Shown piece by piece: positions 12,490 through 25,289 of a DNA stretch of 64,000 bases. Position numbers and translations under genes: made by a program. The notes under the pieces were generated by a model that made no database searches, had not been told where the DNA came from, and was given only the letters and a program-made list of their open reading frames with translations. The stretch lies in assembly GCA_002633005.1 (NCBI GenBank), contig NMRA01000051.1:1079528-1143527 (forward strand), in the 5' to 3' direction. Positions within the stretch are counted from its first letter, which is position 1, and each line of letters begins with the position of its first letter. The DNA comes from Phoronis australis. Its lineage: Eukaryota > Animalia > Phoronida.

Positions 12490-13899
12490 AGTGGCGTAGC
12501 GGCAGCAGCTCGCCGCCGGATGACTGAAGATTGGCGAACCCACCGCCGGTACCAGACTCCACAATGACAGTGAGCTTTGGCTGTACGTTAAACTTGAACG
12601 CGAACGCGTGAATAACCAGACGCCACGAGTTCACGGTGGTGTATGGGTTGAGTCATCCACTAGAATGGTTCAGCTACACAGTAAACGCGAACACAAACGT
12701 TTAATTGAATTACCGTAAGTCGAGCTGGTTCACGCTCGCATATGCGTTGTGTTCTATTTTTGTCTGGGCTACACGAAAGACCAGTTAAGTGGTTTACGAA
12801 TTCCGGTTTCATTTCTGATTTCAGAATCAATTGAATAACGCATGATGGGCGGCGCTCCATAGAGGGCTGGGGGGCTATAGTCCCCCAGTTTTTTTTGGTG
12901 CTGCGTCGCCCGTGCATGTTATTCTGAAATGAGGGACCATTACCGACAACTCGCTGGTGGTGACTGCGTGAAACCGTGGTGGCAACCGTGGGTGGGGGGT
13001 GAAAACAGTCTAGGCCAAGTCTTAAAATTTTAAGTTGACATTTGTGATTATACCGAAAGTAAATTTGGGCAAAAATGCACAAAAAGCCAGAGTTTATATC
13101 ACAAACGTATAAGGTTAATGCTGGGTTCATCAAGTGCAAGCCAGTAGTAGACAGTTATACATGTAAGCTATTACGTATCCGAGCACAGAATATGGAACAG
13201 TTATCTTGAATTCGCACGTTAAGAGGTAAAATGTCAAAAACAACTTCAAATTCGATTTCCAGATTAGACCCTGGCCCAGCAGTCTCAGAACATGCCAATT
13301 ATATGACGTAATTTGATACGCGAAGAGCCTCGCCGTCATTTTAATCCCTTCGTGTTGTTAAATGCGCATGATAAACAAGATACATTGCTCATTGTAATAT
13401 TATAACAAACTTTAACAGACTGTCGAAGATAAACGAAATACTTTTCCTGCTTCAACTTATTTTAATAAGTTAAAAAACCAAAAAATCTCAATAACACAAA
13501 CTGTTTTTCTTTAAAAAACACCAATTACAAATTTTAAGAGTCACTAGACTCCTGTGGTCATTATACTATAAACTGAATATGCCAAAGTAGCCGAAATTAA
13601 TGTCTGAGTGCCTAAATAAAAACAAATAGAATCATCTCATTCTTTGCAGTCATTCCAGTGCACTTTGCATGTTTCTATTGTCTGTGAGTGTGGTTACATA
13701 AATTCAAAGTTTTGCATGATCCTAGGAAGACCAAATTGACAGCAGCAATGCCCAGAACAAGTATTCGATGGTTTTGACCTTCAACATCCCAGCCATTTTT
13801 GTTGAAGTTGCAAAAGTCAAAATTTTTGAAACAGTAAAATGTTTTAGCAAAACCACTGTGCGGAGCTCCAACTTGAAATTACATAAGAATGGTTGGGCC

Positions 13900-14028
13900 T
13901 TTTCGGCGATTCGGATGACCCGGTGCAACCAGCTGAACGCTGTTGTCAAGGAAACGTTCGGGTCGTAAATTTCACGGGTTGGGATAGTTCTTTTCATTGT
14001 GATGCATGGTTCATAAATTGGCCAGCAC
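13900..14028 (-). pseudogene. Isolated, stop-containing cytochrome P450 exon (PERF/meander region, clan 2/CYP17-like)
   Basis: After a CAG acceptor the minus strand reads VLANL*TMHHNEKNYPNP*NLRPERFLDNSVQLVAPGHPNRRK. This is absent from the ORF track because of two TGA stops. Confidence 0.75.
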
Positions 14029-14762
14029 CTGCGAATGAACGGGGCGATGCTGGATGCACCCAAGCTCTGTTTGGATGGCTAACGCAATTCCAATTTCAAG
14101 TCCTTGTATTCATTGTACATCGACCAAATAAACTGGACAATGTGTCGTATGATTAAACTGTTTAATAATCAGACGACATTCGAGTACAAAAGACGAGCCG
14201 GAAGAGTCCCGACCAAACACAGTCATACGAACAACATTAACAACACAAAAGCAATCGGCACAGTCTGAACAGATAATATGCCATTAGCAATCGTCAGAAA
14301 TCGCACAAGGTCCAGACTTCAATTTTTTGCCGCCTGTCTCTATTCTTTTGTATTGCAACACAAGTATAAAGACCGTTTAAACAATATCATGCGTTAGATT
14401 GACAGCGCGAGCTCCATGTACAGTGTATCTCAGTACCACGCCCCCGTATTATGATATCTATTATTCTGAGATTAATCATAGACTGTTGTCTATAATCTAT
14501 GGTTTTGTCAATGATATCAGTTACGTCAAAGTGTGAGCTCTGGGAACCAAGCTCAGGGTCAGCCTATAGGTGGCTCTGTATATCCGCTTGGACGCTAACT
14601 CGGTTACCAAGGTTCACACTGTAAGTCGGACGGTGCCTGTTGCATGACGCAGCAGATTTCATTCGCCTCTTGTGTGCTCAGACAGCATCGACCTACTTAC
14701 TGATACACAGGTGTTTTCTATTAAGCACATCTGCTAGGTTTAACTTGTTCGACGCGCTGGAA

Positions 14763-15836
14763 ATGGCTTCCGTTCAATACAACTTTTTGGGCCGATCTGG
14801 CGTGAAAGTGTCCAACCTGTGCCTCGGAACCATGACGTTTGGTGACAAGAATACGTGGCTTGTTCGACAAGCCGATGAGGCTGAATCGTTCAGTATCTTG
14901 GACCGGTATGTGGAGCTGGGTGGAAACTTCATAGATACAGCAAACATCTATTCCAATGGCCAATCCGAAGAATTTATTGGTAACTGGTTGACAAAGAGGG
15001 GAAAGCGAGATGATTTAGTTTTGGCTACCAAGGTGTGTGGCGTGATGGATCGAAGTGATGTCAACTGCATCGGTTTGAGCCGTAAACACATCACGTGGAG
15101 CGTCGATGAAAGTTTGCGCCGACTTCAGACTAATTACATTGACCTTTACCAGTGTCACTTGTGGGATCGGGGCACGCCTCTTGAAGAGCTTGTCCGTACA
15201 TTTGATGATCTTGTTCGCATTGGAAAGGTCCGTTACCTGGGTGCAAGTAACTTCTGTGGATGGCAGCTTCAGAAACTGGTAGATACTTGCAATAAGATGG
15301 GACTTAATCCCTTTATCAGCCTGCAAAACCAATACAGTCTGTTGTGTCGAGAAGTGGAGCACGAATTGATCGATGTATGCCGTAATGAAGGTATTGGTTA
15401 CTTACCATGGAGTCCTCTCAGAGGTGGCTGGCTTAGTGGAAAGTTCCATCGTGGAATGACTGAGCCAGCACCAGCTTCAAGAATTGAGCACCAATCAAAG
15501 CCAGGCGTGCTGACTGTAAATCCACCCTTTGAACAACAAGCAACAGAGAAGACATGGGATATTCTTGATGCCTTGGACAACATTGCCAAAGAATGTGGCA
15601 AGTCCGTGGCGCAAGTTTCCCTTCGTTGGCTTCTCCAGAGAGACACCGTGGATTCTGTTATTATTGGCGCTCGCAACCTTTCGCAGTTGGAGGACAACAT
15701 GAGCGCCGGAAATGGTTGGGAGTTGTCAGAAGAACAGATGAAGGTTCTAAATGACGTATCCAATCCCGGAAAGCCTTATCCGTACAGCATGATTGACATG
15801 ATGAATACCAGTATGGGGCGTGGCGGTAAAGCGTGA
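14763..15836 (+). CDS. Aldo-keto reductase, YajO/Tas-like, single coding exon (357 aa)
   Basis: LGRSGVKVSNLCLGTMTFG, IDTANIY (catalytic D/Y), LATK, SLRRLQTNYIDLYQCH, GKVRYLGASN, WSPLRGG and IIGAR motifs; AATAAA shortly after the stop. Confidence 0.95.
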   Translation: MASVQYNFLGRSGVKVSNLCLGTMTFGDKNTWLVRQADEAESFSILDRYVELGGNFIDTANIYSNGQSEEFIGNWLTKRGKRDDLVLATKVCGVMDRSDVNCIGLSRKHITWSVDESLRRLQTNYIDLYQCHLWDRGTPLEELVRTFDDLVRIGKVRYLGASNFCGWQLQKLVDTCNKMGLNPFISLQNQYSLLCREVEHELIDVCRNEGIGYLPWSPLRGGWLSGKFHRGMTEPAPASRIEHQSKPGVLTVNPPFEQQATEKTWDILDALDNIAKECGKSVAQVSLRWLLQRDTVDSVIIGARNLSQLEDNMSAGNGWELSEEQMKVLNDVSNPGKPYPYSMIDMMNTSMGRGGKA

Positions 15837-18800
15837 TCATAGGGAATGATTCGGTTTGGTGATAATAAATAATGACAGCATGAAATAAACCGGCATGAAA
15901 TTTTGCTTCAAGTACTTTTTCTGCAATTATGCATTGGTGTTATAAAACTGGCAGTAAAACAGCCTTCTTCAAAAGTATTTTTTGACCTAGACCAGGCTGA
16001 CCATTACGAAATGATATTGTTCTCATATGGTTCTTTACTTTTAAGAGGCGTTTTGTAGGTTTGGAAAGGACTGACGGCTGGTTAATACTCGAGAACTGGC
16101 ACTGGCTCAATACGCTGGCTTATCACTCCACAATCTTATTTACCGAGTATCTTAAAAAGCAACAACAAACTTACATTCCAAAACCAGAAACCGCTTTCCA
16201 TCCGAGTAAAGAAGTGGCGGCCATTTTTCCAATGTAAGTCTGTGTCGTAACTCCAGGATAAGCTACTTTGAAGAAGCCATGTTTATTTCTGCTATTTTAC
16301 TGCATCTACAATATCTTGTCAGAAATCTGATATTGTTTGGAAATGAATGCCTCCAGCTTTGTTTCAAGTAATCTAGAAAAATCGCTGTGAATCCTCGGCT
16401 AGATTTTTTTTGCTAAATGATTTTAATATACCCGTGTAAAGTGTAGTTAGGACTTTGTTATTGTAAATACCAACCGATTCTACAAATACTACATAAAACT
16501 GAACTTTTTGTGATGTTTTGCTACGCAAGTTACATTGAAATTTGCTTAAAATTATTGCCAATGAAAGCTCAACATATATGGGTTGTGCATAAGTATTTGA
16601 ACAAATGTATAGGTAGTTTCTATGCAACTTGTTATGGATTGTCCATGCCTTATACAATGTTTCGCTTATTTTTTCTGGAGTTGTTTACACTGGTAAGACT
16701 TCCTTGCAGCGTTTTCTTGAAGAAAGTTTTGTAGTTTTGATACTTTTAAAAATATTCGGTTTCATTCGAGAACGTACCTTAGATTTATGTTACCAAACCG
16801 TATATAGTCGACATAGTTGGGTGTGCAAGTTTGAAGCTATTTTGGACTGGCAATTTATTTTGTCTGCATTGTTGCTTAGTAGTTAGTTGTAGTTGAAATA
16901 AACATGTTATAGAACTACAGATGTTGTTCTTTGCATTTTGAACTTCCCATAGCAAAGTGACACACACCTCAGTTGGCAGCCATGTGTGTCATATTTGCAT
17001 TTTCATTACCAGTAGTTTAAAGCACGTAATTTCGTGCGGCCTTTTAACGAGCTTGGCGCTCAAAATTTCACCTGCATTTCACCCTGTTAGCTGGCTAAAA
17101 TAAAGTCGAATTTGGCCCTTTAGCTCTTGTAATATCAGTCTATTCCAAAGCGTGATACGGATCAATTTCTGTCACAAACAAAAACGCAAATAGTCTTCCA
17201 TCATGTAAGGAACTCGATTTTTGTTTGTCAGTAAGCAAAACGTAGTGAAACGGAGCTTGAATGTAGCGATTGTTAAACTCGGGAGGAACGATATTTATGT
17301 TTAGTCTCCCTCTCATATCATTACATCAGCAGAGAAATGGATATTGCGCAATTATGATAATTTATTGACAGAATATTCGCATGTAACTGGACAGTATTCA
17401 TACCTGAATTCTCCATGAGAACAGATATAACGGGGCTATTCGGAAAATCTACAATAACTAGAGGGCGTGCGTGTACTAGTGGTGATAGATTAACAGCCTC
17501 GATTTCGCGAGCCCTTTAAATACATGGTGAAATGGCTTGCAACCGTGACAACTGAATCTGAGATTGCGTAAAAAGGGTGTTTCTATGAGAGGAAGTAAGC
17601 ACGACCTCATACAAAGGTAAGGTTTGTGATTATTTTAACGATTATTCCATGATTATTCTACCGATGCCTGTTAACCGAGGCACTCGCCGATGTCGACTTC
17701 GCGGCCGTCAGTCGCCAGCCAGAGTCTGGTTAATCTTTGTATGTTGTGATATGTGATACGATACTTGACGTAGCAATCGGGATCTTTTCGTACATCAAAG
17801 CATTATTATTGTTTGGAATGATTTCTAAAAGTTTATCAGTGACAGTTACATCAATCAATGCTGAATGTTTATGCTGTCAACTCGATACAGGTTAATGAGT
17901 TAAGATTACAATCCAATCCCAATGGCAAAGGGTACGTGAGTGATAAATATCCATTGCATTAGACTATTTGTTTACTCCCTATCATATGTCTTCTGGAAAT
18001 CTATTACACGTTGAAATGGAAATCTATCACGTCAGTTTTCACGTAACCTTTGGTTTTTAGGTTTGAAGGCTTGTACCGTGCAGAGGAGATATGCATCGCT
18101 TCTGTACCGTCCCTGAATGGACAAAAATTGTTTTTTAGCATTTGACTGCAGCTAACCAACAAGATCTTCCCATCCAGTGCAGATCTGTTGTCAAAGCCTA
18201 CTTTCAATATTGGAGACAACGAACAAAGCCTTTGAAAAGGAACAGCTATTTTTAAAGTCATTTTGTTAAATTACTTATTCAGGTCCCGAGGGGGGATTGG
18301 CATGGGGGGTTGTAATATTTGGTACAACTGAATGTGTGGAAATAACAGGTAATACATGTTTGGGGAAAAGAGCATGGTGAGGTAATTCTTAACCTTCACG
18401 AAGTCCCTTCAAGTTGATTTCATGAAACTGTTTTGCTACTTGTATCAATTGTAAAACCACGAAAATATATTACATTTTCCGAATTCACAGTGACTGAATA
18501 GTCTTAACTCATGCCTTGAAATGTTGCAAGTCGTTATAAATTCAAATGACTGCCATTTTTGTGAAAATTGCATTTTTGATGGTGCCTTACGATTTGTAAT
18601 TACTCTTAAACAACAGAAAGATTATCCATCATTTTTAAATGACCCAAGTCTTCATATCTTCTATTAGAAGAAAAACGGTTCCCTCAACCTTAGGCTAGAA
18701 GTATGCTTGACAGACCCATGAACCTGTAATCTGAGTTTAAAATTGCTGAAAGTATCAAAATTAAAAAGGCTTGAAAATGGGTAACAAAGGTTTGAAGTTG

Positions 18801-20975
18801 TCTCAAAAAACTTGTATATTTTACAGACAAGTGATGCGTTTAAAGAATTGTTATGGCTAGGGATAAAAAATAAAGACACAGTTTTATGCAATACTCATTA
18901 TATACACCCTTGGTTTCTGAAAATAGTAATTATTTACTTTTATGTGAAACTGTAGACCAATCACCATATATTTTTGAAAAACAGGGATAACATTTTTGAT
19001 CCAATCTGGAGTACTTAATTATTCATATTTCAATATTTGTTCCAGGTTCAGTGACATTTTAAGGCCACTTCAAGCTGTATCATAGACAAGCTTTGTTACT
19101 CCGTTCTCTTCCCACAGCACTTCCACACACCAGCAGTGCTGCATGGCACAATGTGCAAGTCAGTGGCCCTGGAGAAATGTGAATCGCAGTACTAAGTTAC
19201 CATAAGACAATGTGCCAGTGGAGTGTCTGTGTATCCAGACGAACTATATCTGACTGCTACACAAATAAGCCTTGTTGGTGAGGATGCCCTTTCATAGGCA
19301 ATGAGTCATGTGTGGACAATAGCTTATTTCCTTTCCTGGAAGAAACATGAGGGACTGAAGCTAAAGAAGACCTAGTCACACTCTGGTCTAGTTCAGAGTC
19401 TGATTTTGGGCTCAAAACGATTCAAGTGATATGCTGCTGTGTTTACCTTCAAGGGTCTAATTGTGGATGTTATTGAGGCTGAATGAGGTTACATGAAAGA
19501 AAGCCACGTGTTGAAACTGGACCTTTTTTACAAGCGCTTCTATAGGCCATTGAAACTAGAACCCAGTGAAATGAAAGCCAAAAGCTGAGTGACATTAAAT
19601 TTTCCTTTCAGAAGAAAGGCTTTATACTATTGGTAAAAACTTTTCAATTTGGTACAGATTATGGGGAAATGACATTCAGTGACTGCATCGATTGTCTTAT
19701 TGTATGTTTTCAATTGTAGCTAGCTGGATAAGAATCTGCTATGCACAAGATTCGAGAATAAACAATTATCAGTGTATTTAAAAACAAATGGCAAACTGAA
19801 AAAGCACAGAAAGAAACAACATTGCGAGGGAGTCCATAATCAGGCATATCAGGTGCTGAATTTCTGAATTACATTCAATTCTCTCAGGTTATTGCTGAAG
19901 GATTGCTTTTCACTTTGTCCAACGGTGAAATAGATGGTCAGGCGGTTGGTTTCAGTTGTTTTTTCTTGCCTGTAACAGAATAGAAATATTAGCAAATTGT
20001 AAAAGAAAAGACAAGACAAAACTACTTTGGTAAGGCAGAACATACTTGACATTTCATCTTCATGTTTATGTGTAGAAACTAATAACCTTTGTACCCAAGT
20101 CTTATTTAATATCTGAATTAAAATATGTGAAACAGGCTAAAAGTGATTTAACAATTTGTATTTTTCATGACACTTAAAATGTGCTTCTGATCTCAACAAG
20201 TAAAATTCATTCTAGGTGTCAATTTTTTCCAATACAATGTTACGACATTTACTGAATTAAAGTTTATTCATGTTAATTTGATAACTGAGCTGGTGGTCCT
20301 GGGGGTGGGGTCCACGATAAAATAAGGAAACTCATTCATCTAGAGAATTTTATTGGAAACAGCTTTGTACCAAGGCTATATGAATATCTGCTGCTAGCCT
20401 ACCCGGCATCGGGTGAGTTTCCAAAAAGAAACACTTAGTTCCACTCAATAAAACTGTTATTCAGTGGGGTAACTGGTGTGGATAACATCACCGAACGATG
20501 TTGATAGAAACTGACTGCTAAAAACTTACCAAGTAATGTTGTGTAGTCTCCGAATGGAACTGCATAGTCATAGACATATTCATAGAGCACACACGGGGCT
20601 TCAGCATCCACACACTTTTTGTCAGTTAGTTGACCCTGTTGACCGCAATTGTCCACGAATATAGTAACCTTAGGTCTTTTGGGAATTTTTGGCCACCTGT
20701 CGAAGACTTGCACCAGGGATTTTAGCAGTAATAAGGCTTAGCGCGACGACGTATTTTGATAAAAATTCCATCTTTTACCAGTTGTTTACATGCAGACAGC
20801 CACGCATGCGCAATTCAATCACCACTAGTACAGCAGCGACACCGCGAGGAGAATTCTCCGAATAGCCCCACTGTTACCATGGTGATTTCCACTCGTCATG
20901 AGAGCTACCACAGCATAAGTGATACACCCTGTCTACGCTGGGTGTCCCATTCAGAAACGACAGACAAATAATTTT

Positions 20976-22011
20976 ATGAAAGCGCTCCGAGGAGCAAAAC
21001 TTGGCGAAATTAACCAAAAAGATGACGATAAAGATGATGACGAAGGTGACGAATATGACGACGATGGTGGCGAGGATGAACAAAAGAAGTAATAATAACA
21101 TACACATGACGAACGTTGAAGTCCGAAATCAGTAAGAAAAAGGCTACAGTCTTGAGCGACACTTGGCGAAATTAACGGAAAAGACAAAGACGGAGATGAT
21201 GACGAAGATGATGACGATGATGACGAATATGATGATGGTGGTGGCGATGATGAACAACATCACAATATTCATATGACGAACTTAGATGTCATAAATCAAT
21301 AAGAAATAGGCTACAGTCTAGTTCAATAGATGATAAACCAACATCAATGCAGCAAGAGCGCTCAACAAAGGAACAGCGTTATCAGAAAATCTCAAATAAC
21401 TCGAAAAGTAGACGTCCTAGCGAAAAATGGAAAACATCTTCTGAAAGCCCGTTCAAAATTCTATCTTAACTGATGGCATCGCCTAATTCCGTAAATTTTT
21501 CGAAAAAAATGAAATTTTGCGTTTTTTTAAAGAAATTCAAAGTCAAATAACTCGAAAACGGTAAGTCTGAGAAAGAAATTGTCACAGGCCATTTGAAAGA
21601 ATATACTTCAAAGAATCCACATGCAAAAAACCACGTCTTTTTCTCTTCCCGTTTAAAATCGCACTCCAGCACGACTGAAAATAGGTCCGACCATGAGCCA
21701 GATCCGCCATCTTGAAAGCAACTTCCGGTTTTTTGGCTTTGTATAATAGCATGTCATAAGAAACCAATACCTGTAAAAATTCGAAGGAATTGGTCTTATA
21801 ATGCGCCCTCTACAGGAGAAAACGTTTTTAGCCCAACATCGAGGTGCGCATGCGCGATCTTTAACCGGAAGTAAACAATTTCCGGTATACTTGTAGAAAA
21901 CTTCCGGTCCATTTACTGTGCCGATTCTTAGTCTTTTACGTAAAAAATTGTAGCCTCCAGAAGTATTTGAACTTTTAAATGAAAACAAAATGGCCGCCAC
22001 AGCCGCCATCT
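20976..22011 (-). mobile_element. HINE-like element family A, second copy (lacks the terminal hairpin end)
   Basis: Near-identical to 10795-12400 but without the internal duplication. Confidence 0.75.
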
Positions 22012-22027
22012 AGTTAGTTGTATTATT

Positions 22028-22474
22028 CATCATGGATCCTCCTATATAAATTTAAAGATAGAGTAATGAAACATGTCCACAGAGGCTGCTACACGATGTT
22101 GATGAAGGGAGCACGACAAAAGGAGCAGTCCTTGAGTAGAGAACTCAGGAAACAGAAAAGAAATGTGAATGCAAACAGAAGTTGAATCAGAGATTCTCCG
22201 GGTTTTCTGCAGCAAATCCACAGACATTGGGCAAGGTTTGATTCTCATTGACTACTGAGGTTCCTCACAGGACAAAAGACGGGAAATCATGTTTTGTGCA
22301 ATACGGTGCATCGACTGTCACTAAAGCAACCCAGTCCTTGATTTCGTGTCAGTTCACAGATTCATAAGGGTGTGCGAAAAAGGAGAAAAAGCAAGAACTC
22401 GCACACTTGTAAGCAAAAATGCATTCCATTTATTGATTTTCCAAGCAGCATTTACAAGAGAACCATAAAAACAC
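22028..22474. repeat. Uninterrupted copy of the repeat that hosts the LINE and MITE at 1646-7381
   Basis: Reads straight through the LINE insertion point (ttgatttcgtgtcagttcac). Confidence 0.9.
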
Positions 22475-22982
22475 TTCTCTCAATGCAAAATGTGTATAAA
22501 GAATGGAATGAATGAATCCATTGAGTAGATTCAACTCTTGTCGCAAACATGCACTAAGCCTAACTTCAACGGAATGTTATTTTAGACGTATTGGGTTAAC
22601 CAGGTACTCCTAGCAAAGCTTTAGCAAAATAAGAAAAGGCAAGTTTAATCACGCAAATGTAGGCCCGTGAAACGATAGGTGAAGCGGCCCTTTCGCGTCA
22701 CCGCAAGGTCCCTGCACAATAAACAAAACGTCGATATCAGTTGTATTGAATAGGGGTCTGAATAGAACACCATTAGGTGCGGCTGTTATTCGCAGCTGCT
22801 TGAATTAAAAGGTGACTCTCGCGGTGACGAAGACAAAAGCAAACCAATACGCCTAACAGTTCGTCCCATTTGACAATTTATGAAACTAGTGGGCTCAGAG
22901 CGATGCTCTTACTATTCTATAGCACCCAAATTTACAAGTGTTACCATTCAAGATAGGCTTTAAGGGGATGTTTACAGTATGT

Positions 22983-23850
22983 CATAGGCAGATTTAGGGG
23001 GGGCCCAGGGGGCCCGGGCCCCCCCCCTTGGCTGCGGCAAAAATAAAACAGTAACGGAACTATGGCTAAGTATAGAATCTCCCGCGATATCCTAGGCGAC
23101 CGGCAGCGGCGCTGTGCACTACGACTCCGTTTCCGTCGTCTGAACCACTGTGCAATTAAGAAAATTTACTTCATTTTTTAAAGAAAATGGAACCTGAGTG
23201 ACGATGAAAAAACAGAAGCTGTTGGTAAGATGTGAATTTTAATCGAAGCCTTAGTGAATCACTCAGAAACTCGCAATATTCTCTTTGTCAAACCTTATCT
23301 TAAGACGGTTTCCAAAGCAATCCCTTCATTATTGCCAACACGAAAAATGGATTTGGTCTTTTGGGCATTTGAAGACTATTTCAAATACGACAAATTTATT
23401 AAGAATTGATGGCACAAAATATAAAACGTGTAATAAGCATTACAAAAAGAAGTAGGTTTCGCGCGCAAACGCTGTGGCCCATAAACAAGTAAGTCTTTTA
23501 GTATGAAATTTGTAGGCAAATGTGGGGGTGTAGTGGTAACGTACGCGCGCTCTGTCCGCCAGGTCGTGAGTTCGAGTATCTGATAATTGCATTTTTTGTT
23601 CCTGTTTGACACGTTCTCCGTGTTTTTTTTGCCTTTTTTTCTTGGATAATACTTCAGGAATCAAGGAAAATGCTTGATTTTTAGAGGTAAAAACAGAAAA
23701 GTTTCCTGGGCGGGAGGGGGGCAAACCCCCCTCCCGACCTCCCCCCATTCGGTGCTATGCGCATCTACATTCGTGGTTCAGTTTGCGCAAATGCTTCCAA
23801 CCGAACAAAATGTTGGGCCCCCCCCTTGTGATATCCTAGATCCGCCACTG
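22983..23850. mobile_element. Non-autonomous DNA transposon (MITE) with 5-bp TSD
   Basis: Imperfect TIRs CATAGGCAGATTTAGG / CCTAGATCCGCCACTG; TATGT directly on both sides (22978-22982, 23851-23855). Confidence 0.7.
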
Positions 23851-24076
23851 TATGTTATAACCTGTTTAAAACAGTTGAATTAAAACAATTGCATAAAATG
23901 TATATAAACATTAACATCACAACCCGGAAGAAAAATAACCAGTTATGCACTTCATCAAGAACCAACATAAAATCTCAAAATAATAACAGATCATTATAAC
24001 AACGAGTGCAAACATAGCAAAGATCTATTCAGAGTGATAGTTGCCAGCAACAGATAACAATAACCTTCCTGGTTAA

Positions 24077-24644
24077 GGTTACGTAGAACCCAAGAAAAAT
24101 GTCAAAATTTGGCCAAGTTTGGAACATCACATCTCAGAAATGGCTGATCCGATCCACATGAAACTTTCAGATAGCATGCTTTAGACACTGATCTCTATAC
24201 CTTGCTAGTAATTGTTTTGAAATCTCCCACTCTTGCATGAGTTGCTATCAAAAAAGGACTTTCATGCTTTTCATGAAAAAATATTAAAACTTGCATCAAC
24301 GAAGTAATAATTTTGAAAATTGTTTTTTTAGACTCCATTTACATCTAATGAAATCTGGCCATGTTATTGGTAACACTGTTTTGTTACTAATTTTATTTTT
24401 CGTAAATTTTACCACAAAGACCTGATAACATAAAGGATTTGTTAAAATGTCTAAAATCAAATTTTACTGTATTTCCGCTTTTTCAGAATATAAACCGGTA
24501 AATAAAACAACAAGAATGGATCAACTGAAATTTGAAATTTTCTGATGTAATAACTTCCTTTGTCAACAAAAACAGGATAAAATTTACAATTTTATAGATA
24601 TTTAGGTTAAGGACACAGGCAAGTCAATAAGGTTCTACATAACC
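24077..24644. mobile_element. Non-autonomous Kolobok-like DNA transposon
   Basis: 14-bp TIR GGTTACGTAGAACC / GGTTCTACATAACC (13/14 match), flanked by TTAA (24073-24076) and TCAA (24645-24648). Confidence 0.6.
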
Positions 24645-24831
24645 TCAAACAGATTATTTTACAATCTGTGTAATGATCTACTGTATGCCAATACAATGTT
24701 AGCCAGCTAACAACCATGTGTACGTTATTTCCAGAGAGCAATACACTGATGAAACTGACTGAGAACAATACCAGCTACGAATGAGTATATCACATCAGGG
24801 CTGATACAGCCTGAATAAAACATTCAAGTCT

Positions 24832-25258
24832 TGGGACCATGAAAAGCAAGTTTGTCAGGAGTAAACTCATTATAAATAGATATGAAGCGAGATTTATAAA
24901 GTTTCATCTTGACATTAAAAGGACCAAGGTGTCTAGAGACCTCAGGTAGTTCTGTGTGAACACATCTAATTTTTGCATGACCAGTGCCAAGAAGACATCA
25001 AACCTAAACATACTGCATACCAATATATGTGTCTCTGGCAAGTTCTTGGTTTATCACATAGGTGGCAGCAGGAGCTAATGGTGGGAAAATCTGGGGTGGA
25101 TGCTCTTCATTTGTCTAGAACCATTAACTCCCTTTTATATACCACGGACTGTGCTTGCCTTCAAACCAGCCCAAATGAAAATTTTTGACATCACTGACTT
25201 CATTTGACTACAAGAGTTTTTGCCAGAGCCAGAGGGTTGACTTGAGCATGTCAAATAC
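24832..25258 (-). pseudogene. Degenerate tandem duplicate of the 3' part of the GT31 gene
   Basis: Colinear with ~25299-25770 (shared cacataggtggcagcaggagctaatggtggg, ggactgtgcttgccttc, aaggaccaaggtgtc), with indels and stops. Confidence 0.88.
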
Positions 25259-25289
25259 CCTTTAATTTCACAACACAGCACCATTTCTT

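Noticed and set aside
13960-14020. In-frame TGA codons as selenocysteine or read-through (also in the LRR-Ig and transposase relics)
   Set aside because: In the CYP exon one TGA replaces a conserved Trp, the other relics also carry frameshifts or deletions, and no SECIS was evident; ordinary decay explains them.
17460-19770. Possible spliced transcript (donor at 17617, acceptors near 18282 and 19045, Cys-rich short frames)
   Set aside because: No continuous ORF or recognisable homology; splice-like motifs alone are insufficient.
20435-20713. ORF with IFVDNCGQ, resembling a transposase-like DNC.GQNK motif
   Set aside because: Only a partial motif match with no supporting context.
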